Shown one piece after another: positions 18,971 through 27,479 of a DNA stretch of 64,000 nucleotides. The notes beneath the pieces were generated by a model that was given only the letters and a program-made list of their open reading frames with translations, ran no database searches and had not been told where the DNA came from. A program made the translations under genes and the position numbers. How positions within the stretch are numbered: the first letter of the stretch is position 1; each line of letters starts with the position of its first letter. Source of the DNA: Patescibacteria group bacterium (GTDB lineage: Bacteria > Patescibacteriota > Dojkabacteria > J137); NCBI GenBank assembly GCA_016861265.1, contig BOLA01000001.1, positions 761,352 to 825,351 on the forward strand, in the 5' to 3' direction.

Positions 18971-19572
18971 TATCTGCCCTCTCGCATTTCGTATAGCCGT
19001 CCCCGGTTAAGATGGACAATTCGAGCTAGTTCCCTCTCTCTTTCACCGGCGTCTAACGATAATGCCGTTAAGAAAGGTACGACGAAACTGAGTAGCTCGC
19101 CGTTTGCCTTTACAAACTTATCCCGACTTGCTCGTTCATCCTGAATCAGCTCTATTATTAAGCTGACCACTCCCATAAGGGTATAATCGTGTTCGGTATT
19201 GGCTTGTAAAGTTGAATACGGCGGCTTCTGAATGGAAGCCCAATTGAGGTAATCATCAAGTTCGATTGCCCGCTTGATCTCTGTGACTTCACCACCAAAT
19301 CTGATGTGAAGCCTTGGTGGAAGCTGGGTTGGATTCGCTTGAGCAAGACCTAGGTGGTAGAAGAGCTTAGCATAGAGCCAGCTATCCTGCGCAATTCGAT
19401 CATACTTAACCAAGTTCATCCATTCCTGAATTCCAATTCCAGCATAAAATATGAATTCAACTTCGTTGAATTCACCCGACTGAACTAAACTCAGAAAAGC
19501 AGGGCGGAAATGTTCTCTCCACGCTTGCTCTACTTTTGCATAGTTCTCCCTTCGTTCATCAATTTCACTCAA
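18970..19572 (-). CDS. Hypothetical 200-aa protein, first gene of the island operon. TTG start with AAGGAG RBS 6 nt upstream.
   Basis: The ORF-track M is actually TTG in the sequence. A strong Shine-Dalgarno is present. Translationally coupled to the GHKL ATPase gene. Confidence 0.55.
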   Translation of the reverse strand: MSEIDERRENYAKVEQAWREHFRPAFLSLVQSGEFNEVEFIFYAGIGIQEWMNLVKYDRIAQDSWLYAKLFYHLGLAQANPTQLPPRLHIRFGGEVTEIKRAIELDDYLNWASIQKPPYSTLQANTEHDYTLMGVVSLIIELIQDERASRDKFVKANGELLSFVVPFLTALSLDAGERERELARIVHLNRGRLYEMREGR

Positions 19573-19652
19573 GACACACTCCTTGTAGTCTAGGTTTTCA
19601 ACGATCGCGACGACACAATGGTGTCAAAGCGAATAATTATAGCATGGTTATA

Positions 19653-20237
19653 TTACATTGTAGTGGCGCATTTAGTACTCCAAATTCCAAGATTGTTACT
19701 TTGCGCGTTTATTTGAGCAATAAAGAATTGGGACTGGTATGTATAAGGTTTATTATATGTATACTCGCTTGCGAATCCTTTACTAATCATATATTCATTA
19801 ACATTTGTAGAATCAAGAAAAACATATCTCAATTCTCTTCCATATTTATCTAAATCGTCTTGTGATGAGTCCTTCTGTAAAATTACTTCCTGGTCGAGTA
19901 TTAATTCTTCTAATTCTTGGGTCGCTTCTGAATACATGCATTCCTTTTCCTTAACTTCAGGTGCATCAATCCCAATAAGCCTTACAGTAGTCTTCTTTCC
20001 ATTTTCCATAACCTTAATGGTGTCACCATCTACTATATCTACAACTAGGTATTTGTGAGTGATATCTCCAGTATTCTGCATATAGGAAGGTACTTCTACA
20101 TAGTCGTCTAAATTAATATCGAATTTAAATTTTGATGAGATTGAAATTACTAATGCAGTTATAGTAACTAGTGAAGCACAAATTATAAATATTAGTGAAA
20201 ATATTAAGACTTTAGCTTTATTCATTTTGGTATACAT
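19653..20237 (-). CDS. Secreted thermonuclease (staphylococcal-nuclease / SNase-like)
   Basis: N-terminal TM or signal, then VDGDTIKV....VRLIGIDAPE plus the R..Y catalytic context of the SNase fold. Confidence 0.75.
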   Translation of the reverse strand: MYTKMNKAKVLIFSLIFIICASLVTITALVISISSKFKFDINLDDYVEVPSYMQNTGDITHKYLVVDIVDGDTIKVMENGKKTTVRLIGIDAPEVKEKECMYSEATQELEELILDQEVILQKDSSQDDLDKYGRELRYVFLDSTNVNEYMISKGFASEYTYNKPYTYQSQFFIAQINAQSNNLGIWSTKCATTM

Positions 20238-20255
20238 TTGTTAAACTTATTTATT

Positions 20256-20939
20256 ATGACACTAAAACAGAGAGTTGCAAAAATTGATGAACTATTAAAG
20301 CGAGACTTTCCTACTGTAGAAACCCCACTAGACCATACCAGTGCGTTCACTTTGTTGGTTGCTGTCGCATTATCTGCACAAACTCTCGATACAACAGTGA
20401 ATAGAGTTACACCTGCTTTGTGGCATAAATACCCAACAATGCAAGATTTAGCAAATGCAAGTGTAAATGATGTAGAAGAAATCATACGTTTAGTAAATTT
20501 CTATAGAAATAAGTCAAGAAACATAGTTGCCTTAAGTCAAATGCTGATTAGTAACTTTAATAGTGCTGTCCCCTATAAAATGGAAGAATTAATAACTTTA
20601 CCCGGAATCGGCAGAAAAACTGCAAATGTAGTTATTAACGAGTGGTTTGGAAAAGGAAAACAGCTTGGGGTTCCTAAAGTTGAACCGGTAGGATTTGTTG
20701 TAGATACACATGTTAAAAGAGTTGCTAATAGATTAGGTTTAACAAAACATTCAGATCCTGTAGATGTAGAACAAGATTTAATGAAATTATTTCCTAGAAA
20801 TGAGTGGGACGATACTTCCTTAAGAATGATCTTTCATGGAAGATTTATGTGTACCGCCAGAAATCCCAAGTGTATAAACGATACTGAATGGAGCAAGATC
20901 TGTGGCTGTGTAAAAGAAATTAAAGCTAAAAAGAAATAG
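20256..20939 (+). CDS. nth: Endonuclease III (HhH-GPD DNA glycosylase/AP lyase) with a variant Cys cluster
   Basis: HhH-GPD region LPGIGRKTANVV with Lys, a catalytic-Asp region and a C-terminal Cys cluster (C-x6-C-x9-C-x-C). Confidence 0.85.
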   Translation: MTLKQRVAKIDELLKRDFPTVETPLDHTSAFTLLVAVALSAQTLDTTVNRVTPALWHKYPTMQDLANASVNDVEEIIRLVNFYRNKSRNIVALSQMLISNFNSAVPYKMEELITLPGIGRKTANVVINEWFGKGKQLGVPKVEPVGFVVDTHVKRVANRLGLTKHSDPVDVEQDLMKLFPRNEWDDTSLRMIFHGRFMCTARNPKCINDTEWSKICGCVKEIKAKKK

Positions 20940-20959
20940 TTGCATAGTATAATTACTTT

Positions 20960-22204
20960 ATGAGTTTTAACCTACAATCAAAATACAAACCTTCAGGCGA
21001 TCAGCCTGCAGCAATAGAGACTTTATCTGCAGGAATAGAAGCCGGGATAAAACACCAAACAATCGTTGGTGCGACTGGAACTGGAAAAACATTCAGTATG
21101 GCAAACGTTATTAAAAACACGAACAGACCTACTTTAATTCTATCGCATAACAAAACATTGGCTGCTCAACTATATGCCGAATTTAAGGAGTTTTTTCCCG
21201 ATAACGCTGTTGAATACTTTGTAAGTTACTACGATTATTACCAACCGGAGGCATATGTGCCATCAAGAGATTTATATATTGAAAAAGATTCAGATATAAA
21301 TGAAGTAATTGAAAGATATAGAAATTCCGCAACTCAGGCGCTACTTTCACGGAGAGATACAATAATTGTTTCAACAGTTAGCTGTATTTATGGTTTAGGA
21401 GATCCTGGAGACTATAACGACCTTAGTTTAGTCGTAGAGATTGGAAAATCTTATAACAGGGAAAATGTCTTAGTTAGACTTAGAGACATGATGTACGAAA
21501 GAGTGAATAATGATTTTTCGAATGGTACTTTTAGAGTACGAGGGGAGTATATTGATATAAATTTAACTACATCTGATGATCGTGCAATTAGGTTAATCTT
21601 CTTTGGAGACGAACTAGAAGAAATCAAAATTTTGAATCCAATAAGTGGTGAAGTTGTAGGTAGGGCTGATCAAGTACAAATATTCCCTGCAAAGCATAAC
21701 GTAAGTCCTCAGGAGAAAATTAATCATGCCATTAAGCGAATTGGAGAAGATCTTGAGTTAGAGACAAAAGAATTTACCGATAAAGGCAAATTAATTGAAT
21801 CTACCAGATTAAAACAAAGAGTAACTTACGATCTTGAAATGATGCAGGAGACAGGCTTTTGTAAAGGAATTGAAAATTATTCAAGATATATAGAGAATCG
21901 ACCAGTGGGTTCGGCTCCATCTACTCTGCTTTCTTACTTTCCTAGTGATTACTTAATGTTTATCGACGAATCTCACATTACTGTACCTCAGATTGGAGGA
22001 ATGTATGAAGGAGATAAAGCTAGAAAATTAAATTTAGTAGACTATGGTTTTAGAATGAGAGCTGCTTTAGATAATAGACCTTTAAAGTTTGATGAGTTCA
22101 AACAAAAAACTAACCAAATTATCTATGTAAGTGCCACACCTGCAAAGTATGAGTTAGAACTAAGTCAGCAGTCTGCAAAGGAAGTACTTAACAAGAATAA
22201 CTAA
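20960..22204 (+). CDS. uvrB: Excinuclease ABC subunit B, N-terminal 414 aa only. Helicase domain 3 and the C-terminal UvrC-binding domain are absent.
   Basis: Walker A GATGTGKTFSMANVI, beta-hairpin YYDYYQPEAYVP, domain 2, then ...IYVSATPAKYELE followed by a stop. No continuation in any frame before the next gene at 22306. Confidence 0.8.
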   Translation: MSFNLQSKYKPSGDQPAAIETLSAGIEAGIKHQTIVGATGTGKTFSMANVIKNTNRPTLILSHNKTLAAQLYAEFKEFFPDNAVEYFVSYYDYYQPEAYVPSRDLYIEKDSDINEVIERYRNSATQALLSRRDTIIVSTVSCIYGLGDPGDYNDLSLVVEIGKSYNRENVLVRLRDMMYERVNNDFSNGTFRVRGEYIDINLTTSDDRAIRLIFFGDELEEIKILNPISGEVVGRADQVQIFPAKHNVSPQEKINHAIKRIGEDLELETKEFTDKGKLIESTRLKQRVTYDLEMMQETGFCKGIENYSRYIENRPVGSAPSTLLSYFPSDYLMFIDESHITVPQIGGMYEGDKARKLNLVDYGFRMRAALDNRPLKFDEFKQKTNQIIYVSATPAKYELELSQQSAKEVLNKNN

Positions 22205-22305
22205 CATAATCCACTTAATTCATTGCCTACTTTTAATTAGCTATTGAATATTAGAGTTTCACCATTTAGAATAAGTAAACTTAAATTTTAATTACGACTT
22301 AAATA

Positions 22306-23259
22306 ATGAAAGTAAGAGTATATACATTGTTGCAGGGAATAGTTATGGGAATTGCTGAAATAATTCCTGGGGTTAGTGGTTCAACTTTAGCGCTTGTGAT
22401 GGGAATATACGATAACTTTATTGAATTCTTAAGTGAGGTTTCGGATTTCTTTAAAGACCTACTTAAATTTATTCTTAGAAAAGAGAGTTTTAAAAGCGTA
22501 AAGGATAGCTTCTTTAAAATTAGTTGGAACTTTGGAATCTTTCTAGTGGCAGGAATGGGAATTTCTATAGTGCTTTTCTCACATATAATTTCTGATTTAA
22601 TTGAAAGGCACCCTCAATATATATTCTCATTCTTCTTTGGATTAGTGATTGCATCTATTTCTATTCCTTGGAATGAAATGAAGTTAAAGGGTGTTAGAGA
22701 GTTTGCAATAATTGCGCTTACATTCATTGTATTTTTTGTAGTCCTGGGTCTAAAACCGGCGATAGTGGATAATCCTTCGCCATTATTTTTATTCCTTGCA
22801 GGAGCTGTTGCAATATGCGCAATGGTGTTGCCTGGTATTTCCGGGTCTTTTGTAATGCTTTTGTTAGGTGTTTATGATCATGTAATAGGTTTAATTAAAG
22901 ACTTTACTCGACTGTCTATAGATTTGAATAAAGTTATAGCTTTACTATCTGTGGTGGCTGGAATTATCCTTGGATTTTCTGTATTTGTTAAATTTCTTAA
23001 GCTTGGGCTAAAGAAATATCCATCGGAGATAATGGCTTTCTTAATTGGAATAATGCTGGCATCTTTAAGAGTTTTGTGGCCCTTTATGGATGTATCTTCA
23101 CTTGGCTCTGAGAATTCAGATGCTCTTCCTAAGGTCTTACCTTGGGAGATACCCGGAACTCAGCTGCTACTATCAGTTATCTTTATTATTATAGCTATAG
23201 CAGGCGTAGTAGTTCTACATAAGATTTCTGGAGGAAACAATACTGATGATATTGAATAA
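22306..23259 (+). CDS. DUF368 family membrane protein
   Basis: Two repeats of the IIPGVSGSTLALVMG / LPGISGSFVMLLLG motif across about 9 TM helices. Confidence 0.7.
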   Translation: MKVRVYTLLQGIVMGIAEIIPGVSGSTLALVMGIYDNFIEFLSEVSDFFKDLLKFILRKESFKSVKDSFFKISWNFGIFLVAGMGISIVLFSHIISDLIERHPQYIFSFFFGLVIASISIPWNEMKLKGVREFAIIALTFIVFFVVLGLKPAIVDNPSPLFLFLAGAVAICAMVLPGISGSFVMLLLGVYDHVIGLIKDFTRLSIDLNKVIALLSVVAGIILGFSVFVKFLKLGLKKYPSEIMAFLIGIMLASLRVLWPFMDVSSLGSENSDALPKVLPWEIPGTQLLLSVIFIIIAIAGVVVLHKISGGNNTDDIE

Positions 23260-23308
23260 TATTATACCTATGAGGTTTAACGGCGAAGCTTTGCTTCGCC
23301 GTTTTGCT

Positions 23309-25300
23309 TTAAATTAAACTTGCTTTAATTCTTCTTACACCCGAACCACTGCTCTCTTCTTTTACAATCTTAAATGTCTTCCCGCCTTCGGATAATTCAC
23401 TTGTATTGTTCACATGTGGACCACCACAGAACTCAATTGAGAATATCCTATCTTTTATATTCATTACCTCTTCTAAACTCGGTTTCAAATTTAAATCTTT
23501 TAAGTCATTTCCCATTACATAGACTGAGACAATATCGGGATATTTAGCACCAAATTCCATTTGTGCTCCTGTCTGCTCTGCATCTTCTCTCTTCATTTCT
23601 AGTCTAAGTACATCAAGGTTTTCGTTAATCTTTTTGTTTACAAGTTCCTCAACTTGAGTTTTTTCTTGTTCAGTTAAAGATCTGTTCAAATTAAAATCAA
23701 TTCTTAATCTTTCTGCTGTAATATTGCTTCCCTTTTGTTTAATTGTCGGGTCAACAATTTTTTGTAATGCAGCTAAAAGTAAGTGGTGGGCAGTATGTAG
23801 CTTTGTTGTTTCTACACTTGCATCTGCTAATCCACCTTTGAATTTTTGTTCTGCACCTGCTCTACTTGCCGCTCTGTGTGCCTCTTCCTCTTTTTTAAAG
23901 TCAGCAGTTATCTTTTCTGCGTCGTCTTCGTTAATCTTTAATTCATCTAAAGTAAGTTCTAAAGGAAAGCCGTATGTCTCATAAAGATAAAAAGCTTCCT
24001 TCCCGTCAATTACTAAGTTTTCGGTTCGCAAGTCTTTATCTTGAACTAACTTTTGTAAATGTCTTAAGCCCTTATCCAGTGTTTGTTTAAATATTTTTTC
24101 TTCCTTTGTGATTTTTTGTAGAATATCGTCTCTATTTTCTGCTAAATGCGGATATGCATAACTCATGTTTTCTATCACTACTTGAGCAATATTTGCGGTA
24201 AAGTCCTGCTCTATTCCTAATTTTTTACCAAATCTAACAAGTCTTCGAATAAATCTTCTTAGAATATAACCTTGGTCTTTATTCGAAGGACTAACGCCAT
24301 CCGCTAGAATAAATGTTGCTGCCCTAGCATGATCTGCAATTACTCTAAAACTTGCAGTAAATTCGTTATCCTTACCATTTGTTTTGTATTCCTTGCCACT
24401 TAAACCTTGAATTTGTTCAATTATTGGCATGTATATATCGGTTTCGAAAATGTCATTCTTATCTTGAACTAGCATTACAACTCTTTCGAATCCTCCACCA
24501 AAGTCAATGTTCTTTTGTTCCAGTGGTTGCCATTTTAAATTCTCATCCAGCTTATACTGCATAAACACATTGTTTCCAATTTCTATAAATCTTCCTGAAT
24601 CATCATTAACATGGTATTTATCCTGAACTACATCAATAACTCCTCGATCGTAAAACATTTCGCTGGTCGGTCCACCTAGTTCTCCCTTTGCGTGAGCCCT
24701 TTCCCACCAGTTTTTCTTTTTTGGGTATTTAAATATTCTATATTTATGGGTCTTACCTGCTTCTAAATCTGCTGGAATATCTGTGATATCTGGTGCTAGC
24801 TGTGCATCGATACCATATTTCTTAAATGCTTTCTGCCATATTTCCACAGCCTCCATATCCATTGGAGCATCATCATCCCCTTCGAATACTGTAACGTAGA
24901 TTCTGTGAGGATCTAGTCCACAAACTTCGACCCAGAATTCCAGTATCCATGGAATCTGTTCTTCTTTAAAGAAATCGCCTAAAGACCAATCGCCCATCAT
25001 TTCAAACATTAGTGTATGCCTGTTATCTCCAATTTCAATCATTTCGTCATAATTTGTTCTTAGGCATCTTTGAAAATCGACTAATCTTTTACCCAGTGGA
25101 TGAGGTTGACCGCCTAGGTATGGTGCTAATGGAAACATTCCTGAATTTACGAATAGTAAAGTGGAATCCACATTAGGAACCAAAGACATATTTGGCACAA
25201 TCTTCATGTTTCGTGGACTTTCAGTCCAGTACTTAAAAAAATCTTCTCGTATTTGTCTTGATGACTTCATATTTGCTTTATAACTTGTTAAAAACGACAA
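23309..25300 (-). CDS. alaS: Alanyl-tRNA synthetase, short form (663 aa: catalytic, tRNA-recognition and editing core)
   Basis: Class II AlaRS N-terminus, then editing-site HxxxH...CxxxH (TAHHLLLAAL ... CGGPHV). Confidence 0.9.
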   Translation of the reverse strand: MSFLTSYKANMKSSRQIREDFFKYWTESPRNMKIVPNMSLVPNVDSTLLFVNSGMFPLAPYLGGQPHPLGKRLVDFQRCLRTNYDEMIEIGDNRHTLMFEMMGDWSLGDFFKEEQIPWILEFWVEVCGLDPHRIYVTVFEGDDDAPMDMEAVEIWQKAFKKYGIDAQLAPDITDIPADLEAGKTHKYRIFKYPKKKNWWERAHAKGELGGPTSEMFYDRGVIDVVQDKYHVNDDSGRFIEIGNNVFMQYKLDENLKWQPLEQKNIDFGGGFERVVMLVQDKNDIFETDIYMPIIEQIQGLSGKEYKTNGKDNEFTASFRVIADHARAATFILADGVSPSNKDQGYILRRFIRRLVRFGKKLGIEQDFTANIAQVVIENMSYAYPHLAENRDDILQKITKEEKIFKQTLDKGLRHLQKLVQDKDLRTENLVIDGKEAFYLYETYGFPLELTLDELKINEDDAEKITADFKKEEEAHRAASRAGAEQKFKGGLADASVETTKLHTAHHLLLAALQKIVDPTIKQKGSNITAERLRIDFNLNRSLTEQEKTQVEELVNKKINENLDVLRLEMKREDAEQTGAQMEFGAKYPDIVSVYVMGNDLKDLNLKPSLEEVMNIKDRIFSIEFCGGPHVNNTSELSEGGKTFKIVKEESSGSGVRRIKASLI

Positions 25301-25595
25301 AAGCCGTCCTTAACACTAAATAAATTAATGCTAAGGACGGCTTTAAGCTCGTGGTACCACCTTAATTCCCCTATTGCTAGGGCTTATTACTTTTATACGG
25401 TTTAATCCGGGATAACTCTTCGCTATCCAGCTCCTGGGCTGCAGGGATTTTTATTTGAGTAATTTTCACCGTCCATTACCTCTCTGTACAAACTTAAATC
25501 TTTCTTCCCATTCAACGCTTTTTAATTGTTAAGCAATTATATAAAAAAGAACTAAGACTGTCCATAAGTAAAACAGTTGGTTTTTTATATAGCAA
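25301..25595 (-). promoter_or_regulatory. T-box riboswitch leader of alaS
   Basis: Minus-strand T-box sequence AAUUAAGGUGGUACCACG (plus 25350-25372 cgtggtaccaccttaatt). Terminator hairpin aagccgtccttagc...taaggacggctt plus TTGTCGTTTTT lies directly before the alaS ATG. Stem-I AGAGAG element (gtacagagagg) upstream. Confidence 0.75.
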
Positions 25596-25620
25596 AGGGC
25601 TTTTTGTTCTGTAAAAAGCC
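25596..25620 (-). terminator. Intrinsic terminator of the upstream membrane-protein gene (gggcttttt-acagaac-aaaaagccc plus T-run on minus strand)
   Basis: Perfect 9-bp inverted repeat followed by TTTGCTATAT. Confidence 0.45.
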
Positions 25621-25633
25621 CTTATTACAACAC

Positions 25634-26161
25634 TTACTTTATTAGAATATTTTGATGATTCTTATTGTTATAGAAGTAATCGAATGCCATGAATACCAAT
25701 GGAACAATAATCATATTTCCAATTAATTGATTTAATAAGAAAGGAATTCCATTATAGTAGCTTTGAGTTAAACCACTTAAATCTCTTGTATACATTGTAC
25801 TTAATAGAACTACTCCAAAGTTGGTCCAGAAAAAAAATGCAAGAGTAGATATAATTGCTGATATCTCTGCTGCAGCTAAGCGGTTTTTTATATTTACATT
25901 TCTTAGGGCAAAGCCAACTAATGCGGTAAATAAAAAACCGCTCCATGTAAACAATACTATATTAGTATTGCCGATTATTAGATCTGAAATTATTATAGAA
26001 CCTAGAACGGTAGCTATTGCATATCTCTTTTGTTTTATAAAGTATGCACTTACTAAGGCAAAAGCCGTAATGAATTCAATATTATTATTAATATGAAAAA
26101 CTGTTCTGCTTAATACCGCAAGAATAACTAATACTGAAACTACAAGAATATTTTTCTTCAT
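25634..26161 (-). CDS. Small 5-6-TM membrane protein, likely substrate-capture (S) component of an ECF-type vitamin transporter (CbrT-like by context)
   Basis: 175 aa, all-helical, co-transcribed with a DUF4430 gene behind a cobalamin riboswitch. Confidence 0.45.
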   Translation of the reverse strand: MKKNILVVSVLVILAVLSRTVFHINNNIEFITAFALVSAYFIKQKRYAIATVLGSIIISDLIIGNTNIVLFTWSGFLFTALVGFALRNVNIKNRLAAAEISAIISTLAFFFWTNFGVVLLSTMYTRDLSGLTQSYYNGIPFLLNQLIGNMIIVPLVFMAFDYFYNNKNHQNILIK

Positions 26162-26162
26162 T

Positions 26163-26606
26163 TTAGAAACTGGTTAAAATTAATTCTACTTTATCACCTG
26201 GTGCAATTTTTAATTCGCTAATTCCTACCTGAGCATCTGCACCGTTTATTTTAATATTCCAAAACTCATTATCCTTTGTTGTATATCCATTTACAGTGGT
26301 AATCATTTTTCCAAATGAGAAATCTGCATATTCAACAGAAAATTCGTCACTAGATGAATCCAGGGTATTGAATACAGTCAAAAGGCTATCAGTATTCTGT
26401 AGATTAAAATCGTAATTGTAATCTTTTTCCAGACTAGCTGCATTTACTACTTTTATAGCAAGAGTTTGATTTTGAGAAACTGAGGTTTGATCCGAAGTAT
26501 TGTTAATTGTTGATCCACCGCCAACAATTACTACACCAAATACTGCAAGAACTAAAATAATTAGGGACGCTAATGCAGCCCACACACCTAAACCTAACTT
26601 CTTCAT
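26163..26606 (-). CDS. DUF4430-domain secreted protein (B12-binding, transcobalamin-like by family association)
   Basis: Signal anchor then a DUF4430-like region (FSVEYADFSFGKMITTVNGY...WNIKINGA). Confidence 0.5.
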   Translation of the reverse strand: MKKLGLGVWAALASLIILVLAVFGVVIVGGGSTINNTSDQTSVSQNQTLAIKVVNAASLEKDYNYDFNLQNTDSLLTVFNTLDSSSDEFSVEYADFSFGKMITTVNGYTTKDNEFWNIKINGADAQVGISELKIAPGDKVELILTSF

Positions 26607-26620
26607 TTCACGGAAGATAA

Positions 26621-26760
26621 AAAATAAATTAAAAACTTCCTAACAGGAAGTAATTTATTTTTATTCCTGCTCGGGTGTTTTTTATAGTAGGATCGGACTT
26701 CCATTTATTGGTTACCGTTGCGGCACAGTTCAGGAGTTGCACCTGATTCACTACTTGTTT
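26621..26760 (-). promoter_or_regulatory. Cobalamin (B12) riboswitch with terminator-type expression platform, upstream of the DUF4430 / S-component operon
   Basis: Minus-strand core AAUCAGGUGCAACUCCUGAACUGUGCCGCAACGGUAACC...GGAAGUCCGAUCC closely parallels the E. coli btuB leader. Terminator acttcctgttaggaagt plus TTTTAATTTATTTTTT precedes the ATG. Putative TTGACA-16-TAGAAT promoter at 26792-26765. Confidence 0.7.
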
Positions 26761-26798
26761 TCTAATTCTATATCAGAAAATAATTTTGTCAAACTTTT

Positions 26799-27473
26799 TT
26801 ATTCTTCTGTTTCTATTTTACCTTCTATCTTAGCTTTTCTTCGTTTATAAACTTTTTTTATAATAAAATATGCAATTGCAGCAGCTAGTGCAAATGCAAT
26901 AACAATTTCAAATTGATGAATGTATTCTGTTAATCTCTTCCATTCTTCGCCTAGAAAATAAGAAACAGTTGCTAATAATGTACACCAGATAAATGCTCCT
27001 ACAAATGTATAAATTCTAAATTTCACAAAATTTACTTTTAGAATACCCAATGGCAAAGAAATAAATGTTCTGATTACCGGTAATAGTTGCCCAATAAAAA
27101 TAATTTTATCGCCATATTTTTTTAGCCAGCCTTCTACTCTTTCAAATTTCTCCTCTGTTACATGTACATACTTACCGTATTTATTTAGAACGGGTCTTCC
27201 TCCGCGACTACCAAGAACATACATTGAAGTTGAGCCTAAAGCATTACCAAGTGCACCAATTAAACCTACTACAATTATTGTTAATACAGGATTCCCACCT
27301 ACGGTAAGTCTTCCATCGTAAACCAAAAAACCCGCAATTCCCATAATGATTTCTGATGGAAGTGGTATGCTAGCAGCTTCAATCGCCATGCCCAGGAATA
27401 CACCTATAAATCCTAAATCTGAAACAAACTGAATTACCCAATTAATTATTGGCTCTAAAACTGATGCTAGCAT
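26799..27473 (-). CDS. DedA / SNARE-associated (VTT-domain) membrane protein
   Basis: FLGMAIEAASIPLPSEII re-entrant motif of the DedA family. Confidence 0.75.
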   Translation of the reverse strand: MLASVLEPIINWVIQFVSDLGFIGVFLGMAIEAASIPLPSEIIMGIAGFLVYDGRLTVGGNPVLTIIVVGLIGALGNALGSTSMYVLGSRGGRPVLNKYGKYVHVTEEKFERVEGWLKKYGDKIIFIGQLLPVIRTFISLPLGILKVNFVKFRIYTFVGAFIWCTLLATVSYFLGEEWKRLTEYIHQFEIVIAFALAAAIAYFIIKKVYKRRKAKIEGKIETEE

Positions 27474-27479
27474 AATAAA

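Larger units (their letters stand above)
16870..19652. other. Compositional island, about 55-62% GC versus about 30% in the flanks. Carries a two-gene operon on the minus strand. No integrase and no obvious direct repeats.
   Basis: Hand counts: 37/60 GC at 17461-17520 versus 15-18/60 in thrS/mutL. The GC step is abrupt at about 16870 and about 19640. Confidence 0.8.
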
